64,000 nt of DNA from an uncultured Chloroflexia bacterium (GTDB taxonomy: Bacteria > Chloroflexota > Anaerolineae > CG2-30-64-16): positions 1 through 64,000 of the forward strand of contig CAWEMM010000010.1 of the NCBI GenBank assembly GCA_963810095.1, read 5' to 3'. Every line of letters starts with the position of its first letter. The first letter of the stretch is position 1. Positions 1 through 9,253 of the stretch are shown here, in pieces. The position numbers were made by a program, and so were the translations under genes. The notes beneath the pieces are model-generated. The model was given only the letters and a program-made list of their open reading frames with translations, was not told the DNA's origin and ran no database searches.

Positions 1-117
1 GGGTTGGCAGAAGGCAGCTGCGCTGCACTCTGCAGGCCCCAGCCACAGGGCACCGGTCGTGCGAACCGCCAGTTCAGCAGAACTGGGGTTCGCCTTGACA
101 AGGTAGACAGAAGCTCT

Positions 118-233
<116 letters not shown>

Positions 234-284
234 AGAGCTTCTTCTCATTTAATGATTCTGTTTTTCATTTATTCAGCCTTTCGC

Positions 285-320
285 AACGGCCTCCCCAAAA
301 TCGGGGAGGCCGTTTGCTTT
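285..320 (+). terminator. Intrinsic terminator after 5S rRNA
   Basis: 12-bp stem aacggcctcccc/ggggaggccgtt followed by tgcttt. Confidence 0.8.
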
Positions 321-348
321 GACGGCCCGACAGAATTTGTGGTATATT
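319..348 (+). promoter_or_regulatory. sigma70-type promoter for the CNNM/cdd genes
   Basis: TTGACG (319-324), 18-nt spacer, TGn-TATATT (343-348). Confidence 0.6.
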
Positions 349-381
349 TGTTGACTGATTTGCAAAGCAGGAGTTGTCCTT

Positions 382-1779
382 TTGGACGGTGACAGTAGTA
401 TCAGTGGTTGGTTAGTGAGCGGACTGCCGATGTTCGCACCGGTGGTCCTGGGTATCGTATTCCTCGGATTGGCGGCGGCGGCCGAAATGGCCTTCGCCTC
501 GCTTAACAGAAATGAGCTGCGGAAGATGGCCGCGGGGCAGCGGCGCCGCGGCGAGTTGGCCGAAAGCTTGCTGAGCGAGCCCGCGCGCCTCTTGTCCACC
601 CTGATGGTGACCAAGGTGCTGGCAAGCACGTCCATTATCGTCGGGGTGACCTTCCTCTCCGGTTCGTACGGCCAAGGCCGCTGGCTAGGCTGGTGGCTCG
701 CCGGCGCGATCGCGGTCATCCTCGTCGTCCAGATCCTCAGCCGGGCCTGGGTGGTCGGCCGGGAAGAGCGCGTGACCGTGGCCCTGGCCTCGCCTGTCCG
801 CATTATGGCCCTTATCCTCACCCCGATCACCGCACTGTTGCGCCGCCTGGGTGGTGGCGCCGTGCGTAAGGGCGCGGCCCCCGAAAGCGTCTTCCTCAGC
901 GAAGACGGTCTGCGGTTCCTCCTTCACGTCTCGGACGAAGAAGCCATTATCGAGGACGAGGAGAAGGAGATGATCGCCTCCATCTTCGAGTTCAGCGACA
1001 AGTTGGTGCGTGAGGTGATGGTGCCGCGCATCGACGTGGCCGGCGTCTCGTGTGACGCTCCCATGCTCCAGGCGCTCGAGGTCATCCTCAAAGCGGGGCA
1101 TTCCCGAATCCCGATTTACCGCGATTCCATCGACAATGTCCAAGGCGTGTTGTACGCCAAGGATCTGCTCAAGTACCTGCGCGATGGCCGCACCGACACC
1201 CCAATTGCCCGGATTGCCCGCCCGGCCTATTTCATCCCCGAGTCGAAGAAGGTGGACGAGCTGCTGCAGGAGTTGCAGCAACGCAAGGTCCACATGGCCG
1301 TCGTCGTGGACGAGTACGGTGGGACGGCAGGGCTCGTGACGATCGAGGACTTGCTCGAAGAGATCGTCGGCGAGATCCAGGACGAGTACGACGCGGAGGA
1401 GCCGACCGTGGAAGCGCTCAACAGCTACGAGTACCTCTTCGACGCCCGCGTGCCCATCGACGAGGTCAATAAGCTGCTGGGTGTGGAGTTGCCGTACGAG
1501 GGCGGCGACACCTTGGGCGGGTTCATCTACAGCCAGCTGGGTAAAGTGCCCGCGCTGGGCGACCGGGTCGAATACGAGAACGTGACCATCGAAGTGCTCT
1601 CGGTGAACGGCCGGCGCATCAAGCAGGTGCGGGCAGTTGTCACGCCCCCGGGCGATGACGACGGCGGCTCGGGTTCTGAGCGCCAGCCGGCCCGCTCGGC
1701 AGCGGGCCAGCGCAGCGAAGACGAGAACGCCTCGGCGGGGCGCAGCGCGGGCATCCTGGGCTTTCTGAGCTTATTCTAG
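382..1779 (+). CDS. HlyC/CorC (CNNM) family protein: DUF21 TM domain, CBS pair, CorC/HlyC domain
   Basis: AAAEMAF, VREVMVPRID, GHSRIP, VVVDEYGGTAGLVTIEDLLEEIVGEIQDEYD, DTLGG motifs; AGGAG before the TTG start. Confidence 0.93.
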   Translation: MDGDSSISGWLVSGLPMFAPVVLGIVFLGLAAAAEMAFASLNRNELRKMAAGQRRRGELAESLLSEPARLLSTLMVTKVLASTSIIVGVTFLSGSYGQGRWLGWWLAGAIAVILVVQILSRAWVVGREERVTVALASPVRIMALILTPITALLRRLGGGAVRKGAAPESVFLSEDGLRFLLHVSDEEAIIEDEEKEMIASIFEFSDKLVREVMVPRIDVAGVSCDAPMLQALEVILKAGHSRIPIYRDSIDNVQGVLYAKDLLKYLRDGRTDTPIARIARPAYFIPESKKVDELLQELQQRKVHMAVVVDEYGGTAGLVTIEDLLEEIVGEIQDEYDAEEPTVEALNSYEYLFDARVPIDEVNKLLGVELPYEGGDTLGGFIYSQLGKVPALGDRVEYENVTIEVLSVNGRRIKQVRAVVTPPGDDDGGSGSERQPARSAAGQRSEDENASAGRSAGILGFLSLF

Positions 1780-1803
1780 GCAAGAATCCTTATCGGAGAG
1801 ACG

Positions 1804-2211
1804 ATGACGCTGAGGTCACAGGAAATCGATCATTTGCTGGAGTTGGCAGCCAAGGCGAGATCCGCCGCCTATGTTCCGTACTCCCACTTCGCCGTCGGCG
1901 CCGCACTGCGTGCGGACGACGGTACGATCTATACGGGCTGCAACGTGGAGAACGCGTCTTACGGCCTCACGATCTGTGCGGAACGCAATGCCGTGGCCCA
2001 CGCGGTGGCCGAGGGCGCCCGGCGCTTTGACGCGGTCGCGGTTGTGACGGAGAACGGCGTCACCCCGTGCGGGATGTGCCGCCAGGTGCTGGCCGAGTTC
2101 GGGCCCGAGATGACCGTGGTCGTGGCAGACACGGCGGGGAACCGCCGGTTTTTCTCGATGCAGGATCTGCTGCCGGCCGCATTTACGCCGGCACAGCTCG
2201 AATCGAAGTAG
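1804..2211 (+). CDS. cdd: Cytidine deaminase (homotetrameric type)
   Basis: AYVPYSHFAVGAA, GCNVENASYGLTICAERNA, PCGMCRQ zinc motifs. Confidence 0.95.
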   Translation: MTLRSQEIDHLLELAAKARSAAYVPYSHFAVGAALRADDGTIYTGCNVENASYGLTICAERNAVAHAVAEGARRFDAVAVVTENGVTPCGMCRQVLAEFGPEMTVVVADTAGNRRFFSMQDLLPAAFTPAQLESK

Positions 2212-2237
2212 CTGCCGGCCGCGGGCCAGCCGTAAAT

Positions 2238-2276
2238 CGCAGAAACCTGGTTCCGCTCAGGAGCCAGGTTTCTGCG
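2238..2276. repeat. AGAAAC..GGTTTCT palindromic element / bidirectional terminator
   Basis: cgcagaaacctggttcc-gctca-ggagccaggtttctgcg between convergent genes; related to 53788-53838 and 53963-53995. Confidence 0.7.
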
Positions 2277-3697
2277 CGTCATGGCGCAGCACGGATTGGG
2301 CGGCGAAGTAGCCGCACATGCCGTGTACCCCCCCGCCCGGTGGGGTTGCCGAAGAACAGATGTAGATGCCTTTGGCAGGCGTGGCGTAGGGATCCAGTTT
2401 TGCTATGGGCCGCGTAAAGAGCTGGCGCAGATCCTGGACGCCACCATTGATGTCGCCGCCCACATAATTCGGATTGTACTGCTCCATCTCGACCGCATTG
2501 CGAGTGGCCCGAGCCAGGATGCGGCTGCGAAAGCCCGGTGCGAAGCGTTCGATCTGGTTCTCGATCGCCTCGGTCATGTCCACGGTCGAGCCATTGGGCG
2601 TGTGGCAGTAGGTCCACGCGGTGTGCTTGCCGGCCGGCGCGGGTGGGGTCAAAGAGACTCTGCTGCGCAAGAATCAAAAACGGGCGTTCGGGGTGTTGGC
2701 CCCGGCCGACGGCGGCTTCGGAAGCCGCAATGTCGTCCAGGCTCCCGCCCACGTGGACCGTCCCGGCTTTGAGGCATTCGTTTGCCCGCCAGGGGATCGG
2801 GCCGTCGAGGGCGTAGTCGACCTTGAAGACGCCCGCCCCGTAGCGGTAATCCTCCAGCCCGCGGCGGTAGTCCTCGGGTAAACGGCTGCCGGCGAGCCGC
2901 AGCAGTTGGCGCGGTGTCACGTCAAACAGGACGGCCTGGCGTGGGCTGAACTCCTCGACGCTCTGCACCTCCCGGTTGACCTCGATGTGTCCGCCCAACC
3001 GGCGCAAGTGCAATTCGAGTGCGTCCGCAATCTGTTCTGATCCGCCTTGCGCCATTGGCCAGCCGATCGCGTGGGCCACCATCCCCAGCATCAGTCCGAA
3101 TGCGGATGTCGCGGGCTGCTCGAGCGGCATGATCGAGTGCGCGGCCAGCCCGGCAAAGACGGCCCGGGTGCGCTCCTCCCGGAAGAGCAGCCGTGCAAGG
3201 ACCGTGGCGGGCAGCAGGGCGAACGCGCCGAAGCGGGCCATCATGAGCGGGTGATGTGGGACGCGCAGCGGGCCGAGGAACTCGTCGAGGATTTGGCGCC
3301 AGCCGGCTACGATGGGTTCCATGAGCAGGCGGTACGCCCGGGCATCGCGGCCAAACTGGGCCGCCGTCGTCTCCACCCGACCGCCGACCAGCATGGCGGT
3401 GCCGTCGTCGAGCGGGTGCGCGGCCGCATAGGGTGGGAACACCCAGCGCACGCCCAGCTCTTTGAGCGGCAGCTGCCGGAAAAAGGGCGACGCGATGCCC
3501 AAGGGGTGAATTGCGGAGCACGGATCGTGGATGAAGCCGGGGAGGGTCAAGTGGTGCGCGGAGCGGAGGCCGCCGCCAACCTTGTCTTTGCCCTCCAGCA
3601 CCCGCACCTTTCGCCCTGCCTGAGCCAGCGTGATGGCGGCGGCCAGGCCGTTTGGGCCCGAGCCGACAATGACTGCCTCGCCTTGCTCCGCGGTCAT
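2257..3697 (-). CDS. Phytoene dehydrogenase-like FAD-dependent oxidoreductase (one frameshift near 2640)
   Basis: GSGPNGL Rossmann motif and HDPCSAIHP in ORF 2279..3697; C-terminus (PAGKHTAW..YICSSATPPGGGVHGMCG) continues in ORF 2257..2670. Confidence 0.85.
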
Positions 3698-4422
3698 TTG
3701 GCCTTTCCCGTCAGTTTTTGTGCCACGCGCACCGGCGTGTGCAGGGTTGTCCGGATCAGCGCGTTATGCCAGATATGGCCCGCCTTTGTCCACTGCACGC
3801 GACGATCCAACAGCTCGCGGCGCATGTCGATCTTGGGCCGGCGCAGTCCGTGATGGTGTGCGAGCGAGGTCAGGACATGGCGCCAGATGTTCTCCTGGTG
3901 GGACTTGCCGCCCAAGAAACGGTAGCCGAGCTCGTAGAGGGGGTCGGCCGCCCGGGCCAGCGACTGGATCTGCGCGTAAACCGTCCCGTCTTCGTCATAG
4001 GCGCTGAAGGTGTTGTAGCCGGATTCAGGATGGCCCTGGGGCGTGACCAGCGTAAAGTGGGTGTCGTCGCTTTCGAGCACCAACACACCGGTCGATACCG
4101 GCACGGCGGGAGGCATCTTCGCGTCGATATAGACGATCTGACCCGGGCGGATGCCGTGGAGCGTGGGGTAGAAGCGGCTGTGATCGGGCATGAACTGGGG
4201 GAGGTTGTCCTTCCAGTCGCCAACCACTTCTTCCGGCGTGAGCTGCTTTCCCACCAGGCGCACAGAGTAGGTTTTCCGCCAGAGCTGGCCGAAGCCCTCG
4301 CTCGGCCGGGTCGGCTCCTTGCCCTCTACGTTGAGCCCCATCGCCTCGGCGGGCTTCGCCTCGGCCTTCAGCTTACCTTCGTCGTCCAACCGGTCACTGC
4401 CACGTTGCGCACGGTCTCCCAC
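3694..4422 (-). CDS. Conserved hypothetical protein (DUF1990-like)
   Basis: 242-aa ORF overlapping the next gene start; GFGQLWRKTY and TPQGHPESG motifs resemble DUF1990 (GHPE); family call tentative. Confidence 0.65.
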   Translation of the reverse strand: MGDRAQRGSDRLDDEGKLKAEAKPAEAMGLNVEGKEPTRPSEGFGQLWRKTYSVRLVGKQLTPEEVVGDWKDNLPQFMPDHSRFYPTLHGIRPGQIVYIDAKMPPAVPVSTGVLVLESDDTHFTLVTPQGHPESGYNTFSAYDEDGTVYAQIQSLARAADPLYELGYRFLGGKSHQENIWRHVLTSLAHHHGLRRPKIDMRRELLDRRVQWTKAGHIWHNALIRTTLHTPVRVAQKLTGKAK

Positions 4423-4622
4423 ATGCCTACTCCCCTCGTTACATCCTCCTGCTCACTGTATGCACGAACGGGGTCCCGGTATGTAGCGCCTATGCCATGT
4501 GCGATCTTGTCGGAGATCTGGAAACTTACCGAGCGGTGGCGGGCTTCCCTCTAGTACTTTGCAAATCCAATACAAGCGTGATACATTCGGGCGGCGATAA
4601 GCCGGATGTGGGGCGGGTCGTT

Positions 4623-5693
4623 ATGCAGACCGAGTTGGACGAGGATTTGCCTCAGCATGAGACAGGGGTGGACGCCAGGCGCAGCTGGGTGACCGTTGTG
4701 ACGGGCGTCATCGACCGTCTGCCGCTGCCTGCCGCGGTCTGCTACATCGTGCTTGGCCTTGGCGCCGTCTGCCTGTTCCTCCTGAACGATTGGATCGCTC
4801 TGGGCAGGCCGCTAGAGGTCGGGCGGCCTTTTCACCTGATCCTCGCGCTTGAACCCATTTATGCGCTTGCAGTGATGCACTATCTCGACGTAAGCGCCGG
4901 CCGAGCGCTGCATCGCATGCGCGCGCTGATTGCCCCGCTCGACGCCTACGACGAGTTGAAACAGCGTCTTACCGTTCTGCCGTGGCGGACGACGCTGCAG
5001 GCCAGCGGGGTGGGCATGCTTCTCGGCCTCGGCGCAGTGCTGCTGGCGCGCCTTTCGCTTCCCGCCGCGTTTCGACCCTACCTGGCGCTGGATGCCGCCC
5101 GTGGTTTTGTCGAGGCCTGGCTGGTGCTGACGTGGTTTGTTTTTGGCGCGCTCTTCTTCCACACTTGGCACCAACTCCGGACAATCAATAGCATCTACAT
5201 CCACCGCACGATCATCGACCTGGATCACTACCAGCCCTTGTTTCACTTTTCGCGCGTGAGCGCCCTGACCGCCATCGGCCTGCTTGCAATTCCGTATTCC
5301 TGGTACGCCGCGATACCGCACCTGGTCGACGAGCCGTTGAGCCTGGCCTTTGGTGCGCTATTTGCCGCCTTTGCAGCCACCGCGTTCCTCTGGCCTCTGC
5401 TCGGCATTCATAACCTCATGGTGGAGGCCAAGGGGCGCGCACTGTTTGAAAATGCGGCCGTGCTTAAGGAAGTGCGCGCGCGGCTGTACAACCACGCGAC
5501 ACAAGGGACGCTGGGCGGAGCAGGCGAGCTGCACGACGCGCTGGCCGCAATCCGCGCGGAACGCGAGGCACTGCTGCACGTGCCCACCTGGCCGTGGCAG
5601 CCGGGCACCCCACGAGGCGTCGTGGTGGCGCTGCTTTTGCCGTTGGTTGTCTGGCTGCTGCAGTGGGTTCTGCAACGCTTCCTCGGCGGCTGA
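4623..5693 (+). CDS. Multi-pass membrane protein of unknown function
   Basis: About 7 hydrophobic segments and C-terminal VPTWPW motif; start uncertain (ORF open from 4497). Confidence 0.7.
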   Translation: MQTELDEDLPQHETGVDARRSWVTVVTGVIDRLPLPAAVCYIVLGLGAVCLFLLNDWIALGRPLEVGRPFHLILALEPIYALAVMHYLDVSAGRALHRMRALIAPLDAYDELKQRLTVLPWRTTLQASGVGMLLGLGAVLLARLSLPAAFRPYLALDAARGFVEAWLVLTWFVFGALFFHTWHQLRTINSIYIHRTIIDLDHYQPLFHFSRVSALTAIGLLAIPYSWYAAIPHLVDEPLSLAFGALFAAFAATAFLWPLLGIHNLMVEAKGRALFENAAVLKEVRARLYNHATQGTLGGAGELHDALAAIRAEREALLHVPTWPWQPGTPRGVVVALLLPLVVWLLQWVLQRFLGG

Positions 5694-5704
5694 GCCTCGC
5701 GCCT

Positions 5705-7051
5705 CTACTCCGTGACCCGGCCGGTCTCGCCTTCGACGACGACTCTGTACGTCTTGAGTGGGTCGACGGCGGGCCCTAGCACGACGCTCCCATCGCGCAC
5801 GTCGAATACGGATGCGTGCCACGGACAGGTAACCCGGCAGCCTTCGACATCGCCTTCGTTCAGTGGCCCGTCGGCATGTGTGCAGGCGTTCTGCGTGGCA
5901 TAGAAGGCGCCGTCGACGTTGAACACGGCCACATCTTCGCCATCCACCTCGACCAGGGTGGCGTGGCCCGGCTTCAAGTCGGCAACCCGAAACGAGTCTT
6001 TGGCGAGAGGGCCGGCGGCGGCGTGCCTGGCCGCGCCAAACAGGTTCGCCAGCGACACTTCCTCCTCGTCCTCGCGCGCGTACACCGGGACTTCAACGTA
6101 GACCTGGTCCTCCTGCACCGCCACTTTGTAGGTGGGCAGGCAAGAGGTGTTGTCGAGAAGGAGCTGTCCGCTCGTGAGGTCATACTGGTAGCCATGCCAG
6201 GGACACGTGAGCGTCGTCCCTTCGACGGTTCCCGTGCAGACCGGCCCCCCGCGGTGGAGGCAGCTGTTGCTGAGGGCGTACCACCGGTCACCCAGATGAA
6301 AGACGCCGATCGAGTGCTCGTCGGCCTCGACGATCTTCCGCCCGCCGTCGGGGATTGCGGCAGCCGGCCCCACGAGAATGCGACGATAGCCAGACGGCTT
6401 TAGGAGGCCGCTCGCACGTTCGTAGGAGTCCTCGGCCAGCTCGCGCAGCGGCGCCTCGTCGACCTCTTCCTGGGCCTGGTAGGTTTCGGGTTCGTTGCCT
6501 TCGCCGTACACACGCGACAACTGCTCGGTGAGGACGGTCAGCAGCGCGCTCCATGCCTTGAGTCCCCGGCTCTCCAGGTCGGGATTGATTGCGTGCAACT
6601 CCTTGGCGAGGGCTTCGGCGATGCGCTGCTGCATGAAGCCGATCATTCCGATGACATAGCGCTCAGAGATGTAGACGCGCGGGTCGGCGCCCTGTGACGT
6701 GTGCGCGCGGCCCACGTAGTCGACAAAGCGGGCGTAGTCGTCGTCAAAAACGGCGGTCATGGTGCGGCGCCAGAAGTTGGCCTGATGCTGCATCCGCAGC
6801 TCCAGGTAGTCCTGGTCGACTGTGCCATCTTTTTTCAGAAACGGCTTGCGGGTGGCAGGAAAGCGGAGCAGTTGGGCATAGAACTCCGCGATGATGTCCG
6901 GCAGGTGCGTTTCCACGACCGAGCGCGTCTCGCGGATGGTCTGCGCGTCGGCCGGGGCAAAGCCGACAAAGTCGGCCATAAAGCGGAAGTAACGCGGCGC
7001 GTCGGCGGCGCCACGCTTGAAACGCTCCTGGGTTGAGATCTCGCCCGTCAT
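5705..7051 (-). CDS. Protoglobin/sensor-globin domain fused to two Rieske [2Fe-2S] ferredoxin domains
   Basis: FVGF..D..EFY..L..P (B10 Tyr) and VGRAH (proximal His), then CLH..CPWH and CTH..CPWH Rieske motifs; strong GAGGGAGG RBS. Confidence 0.85.
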   Translation of the reverse strand: MTGEISTQERFKRGAADAPRYFRFMADFVGFAPADAQTIRETRSVVETHLPDIIAEFYAQLLRFPATRKPFLKKDGTVDQDYLELRMQHQANFWRRTMTAVFDDDYARFVDYVGRAHTSQGADPRVYISERYVIGMIGFMQQRIAEALAKELHAINPDLESRGLKAWSALLTVLTEQLSRVYGEGNEPETYQAQEEVDEAPLRELAEDSYERASGLLKPSGYRRILVGPAAAIPDGGRKIVEADEHSIGVFHLGDRWYALSNSCLHRGGPVCTGTVEGTTLTCPWHGYQYDLTSGQLLLDNTSCLPTYKVAVQEDQVYVEVPVYAREDEEEVSLANLFGAARHAAAGPLAKDSFRVADLKPGHATLVEVDGEDVAVFNVDGAFYATQNACTHADGPLNEGDVEGCRVTCPWHASVFDVRDGSVVLGPAVDPLKTYRVVVEGETGRVTE

Positions 7052-7164
7052 ATCCCTCCCTCGTGCGTCAGCTCAGCGAGCAGTCTAGCTCCGGCGCTGG
7101 CCTGCCGGAACGCAAACAGCGCGGCCAGTATAGACGGCCGCGCCGCATAATTCTATCAGCTAGC

Positions 7165-7206
7165 TTCCACGGCTGCCCGCCTCCCCGAGGCGGGCAGCCG
7201 TGGGAA
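7165..7206. terminator. Long GC-rich hairpin, probable terminator
   Basis: ccacggctgcccgcctc-ccc-gaggcgggcagccgtgg just downstream of ORF 7227..7727. Confidence 0.6.
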
Positions 7207-7226
7207 GGGACGAACACCCTTACGGG

Positions 7227-7727
7227 CTAGGGCACGCAGATCTCGCCGGTATAGACGCCGGCCGTACCCGCCTCGGTTCGCGTGCCGCTGGCGGTCAGGC
7301 TGCCCGTGGCGCCCGCGTAGATGCCGGTGCCGCCAACGATGGTGTCGACCTCGGCATACTCGCCACCGCCCCCCATTGCGACCGTGATAGCGTCCTTGGT
7401 CATGAGCGTACCGCCACGCGTCTCGAAGACAGCGTCACCCGTCAGGAACACGACGCCGGTTGCGGGGGTGTCGGCTGAAATGAGGTACTCGGTGGCAGAA
7501 AAGGTCACCGGGCCCTTGATGCCGCCCCTGCTGGTGCCTTGACTGCACATGCCGAGGGGAGACGTGCATGTGCCTGATAGGACGGTGCCCATGGTAACCT
7601 GGCCCGAAACTTTCTGGCAGTTGCCCTTTCCAGCGCCGGCAACGCCGGCGCCGCCGGCTGCGATCAGGACGACCAACACCACCAGGGTTGTGAGGGTGAC
7701 CAGGATGCGGATGGAGTGTGCGGCCAT
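7227..7727 (-). CDS. Small secreted beta-rich protein (dirigent/allene-oxide-cyclase-like)
   Basis: N-terminal signal peptide, four Cys, IVGGTGIYAGATG motif; AAGGAG RBS. Confidence 0.65.
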   Translation of the reverse strand: MAAHSIRILVTLTTLVVLVVLIAAGGAGVAGAGKGNCQKVSGQVTMGTVLSGTCTSPLGMCSQGTSRGGIKGPVTFSATEYLISADTPATGVVFLTGDAVFETRGGTLMTKDAITVAMGGGGEYAEVDTIVGGTGIYAGATGSLTASGTRTEAGTAGVYTGEICVP

Positions 7728-7926
7728 GTTTAGCTCCTTCGTTGCGAGGCGGGACGAATTCGATGCAGAGCAACTCTATCACTGATTGGTGCCGGTGTCA
7801 TCGGTATTTTCGTCAATCTACGTCCCATCGTTGAGATGTACTCGGTGTGGTGAGCGCAGGTCGGCGGAAGTCAGACGCAAAAGCTCACTACGCAAGCTGC
7901 GGGCTAAATGGTATAATAGTCCGGTT

Positions 7927-8721
7927 ATGGAGGACACTGCTCAAGCGCGGCGGCAGCGGTTGTACCGGCTGCAGGCGATCATCATGCGGCGACGAGACCT
8001 GGGCGAGGCCGACCGGCTCTTGACCGTTTTTACGCGTGACCGCGGCAAGGTCAACCTGCTGGCGAAGGGCGTGCGCAGGGCCGCAAGCAGGAAAGCTGGG
8101 CACCTGGAGCCCTTCACCTACACCGACCTGCTCGTCGCCAAGGGAGCGAGCCTCGACCTGGTAACACAGGCCGAGACGATCACCAGTCACCGCCACGTGC
8201 GCGAGGACCTGTGGTTGAGCAGCCTGGCCTACTACGTGGTCGAGTTGGCCGATGCCTTTACCCAGGATGAAGACCCAAACGCGCTCTTGTTCGAGTTGAT
8301 GCTCGAAACGTTGGACCGGCTGGATGCCAACCGCGCAGTCAACCTGGCCGTGCGCTATTACGAGCTGCACGCGCTCGATCTGGCGGGCTACCAGCCGCAG
8401 CTTTTCCACTGTGTGCAGTGCAACCAGCCGTTGCAGCAGGAAGTGAACTTCCTGAGCTTCGAGCGCGGCGGCTGCCTGTGCCCAACGCACGGCTCCAACG
8501 TGCCCGGCACCGCTGCCCTGCCGCTCGACGTGCTGAAGGTCATGCGCTACCTGCAAAGCCGGGCATGGGAGCAGGTTGAGGTGTTGCAACTGCGACCCGA
8601 GGTGGTGGGGCAGATCGAAGGGCTGCTGGCGCGGTATATCGTCTATCATCTCGAGCGCACGCTGCGCGCGCCGGTGTTCCTCGAACGGCTGCGCCGGGCG
8701 GCGATTGCGCCGCCGGGATAG
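7927..8721 (+). CDS. recO: DNA repair protein RecO
   Basis: LGEADRLLTVFTRDRGK, AKGVRR, LEPF, CVQC..CLC zinc finger; TGGTATAAT about 10 nt upstream suggests a near-leaderless start. Confidence 0.95.
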   Translation: MEDTAQARRQRLYRLQAIIMRRRDLGEADRLLTVFTRDRGKVNLLAKGVRRAASRKAGHLEPFTYTDLLVAKGASLDLVTQAETITSHRHVREDLWLSSLAYYVVELADAFTQDEDPNALLFELMLETLDRLDANRAVNLAVRYYELHALDLAGYQPQLFHCVQCNQPLQQEVNFLSFERGGCLCPTHGSNVPGTAALPLDVLKVMRYLQSRAWEQVEVLQLRPEVVGQIEGLLARYIVYHLERTLRAPVFLERLRRAAIAPPG

Positions 8722-8728
8722 CGTATTT

Positions 8729-8806
8729 TCACCACCAAGACACTAAGGCACACAGGTCTACAAGGCGGTCTCAGTGGCGCTTCGTGTCCTCGTGTCTTTG
8801 CGGAGA
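8729..8806. repeat. Palindromic repeat with 8-nt periodic arms (CACnAAGr family)
   Basis: cac-caaga-cac-taagg-cac ... cttc-gtgt-cctc-gtgt-cttt; related copies at 30261-30341 and 51873-51935. Confidence 0.7.
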
Positions 8807-8839
8807 CAGACAAGGCGTGATTGGAGCGAACTCACGAGC

Positions 8840-9253
8840 ATGGAGATAAAGGTATACCAGCAGTGGCTCGAGGCGTACGACAAGGCGCGGGACTGGGATC
8901 GCGTCTCGCCTTCACACACCCTCGTCCATGCCGTGGAAGAACTGGGCGAGGTCAGCCGCCTACTGTTGCAATGGGAAGGGTACAAGGACGCCGAGAGCCC
9001 CGAGCAGCTGCATGCCGCGCTCGAAGAGGAGCTTTCCGACGTCTTCGTGTTTCTGTTCAAGCTCGCTTATCAATTGGGTGTGGACGTAGAAGGCGCGCTG
9101 GCGCGTGGGCAGGCCAAGGCGGAAGGTCGTTACGATGACCTGGCCGAGGCGCGGGCCATGCTGAATCGCTACCATGCCCGGCAGGTCGAGGTCATGGCTC
9201 AAATCGTAGGACGTTCACGTCCGGCCGATGCATCTCCGGAGAGTGTCGAATGA
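8840..9253 (+). CDS. MazG-like all-alpha NTP pyrophosphohydrolase
   Basis: EELGEV...EEELSDV motifs; ATGA overlap with glyQS. Confidence 0.85.
   Translation: MEIKVYQQWLEAYDKARDWDRVSPSHTLVHAVEELGEVSRLLLQWEGYKDAESPEQLHAALEEELSDVFVFLFKLAYQLGVDVEGALARGQAKAEGRYDDLAEARAMLNRYHARQVEVMAQIVGRSRPADASPESVE

Noticed and set aside
1-117. 3' end of 23S rRNA or a tRNA upstream of the 5S gene
   Set aside because: No 23S terminal motif or cloverleaf; only a hairpin at 61-93, consistent with spacer sequence
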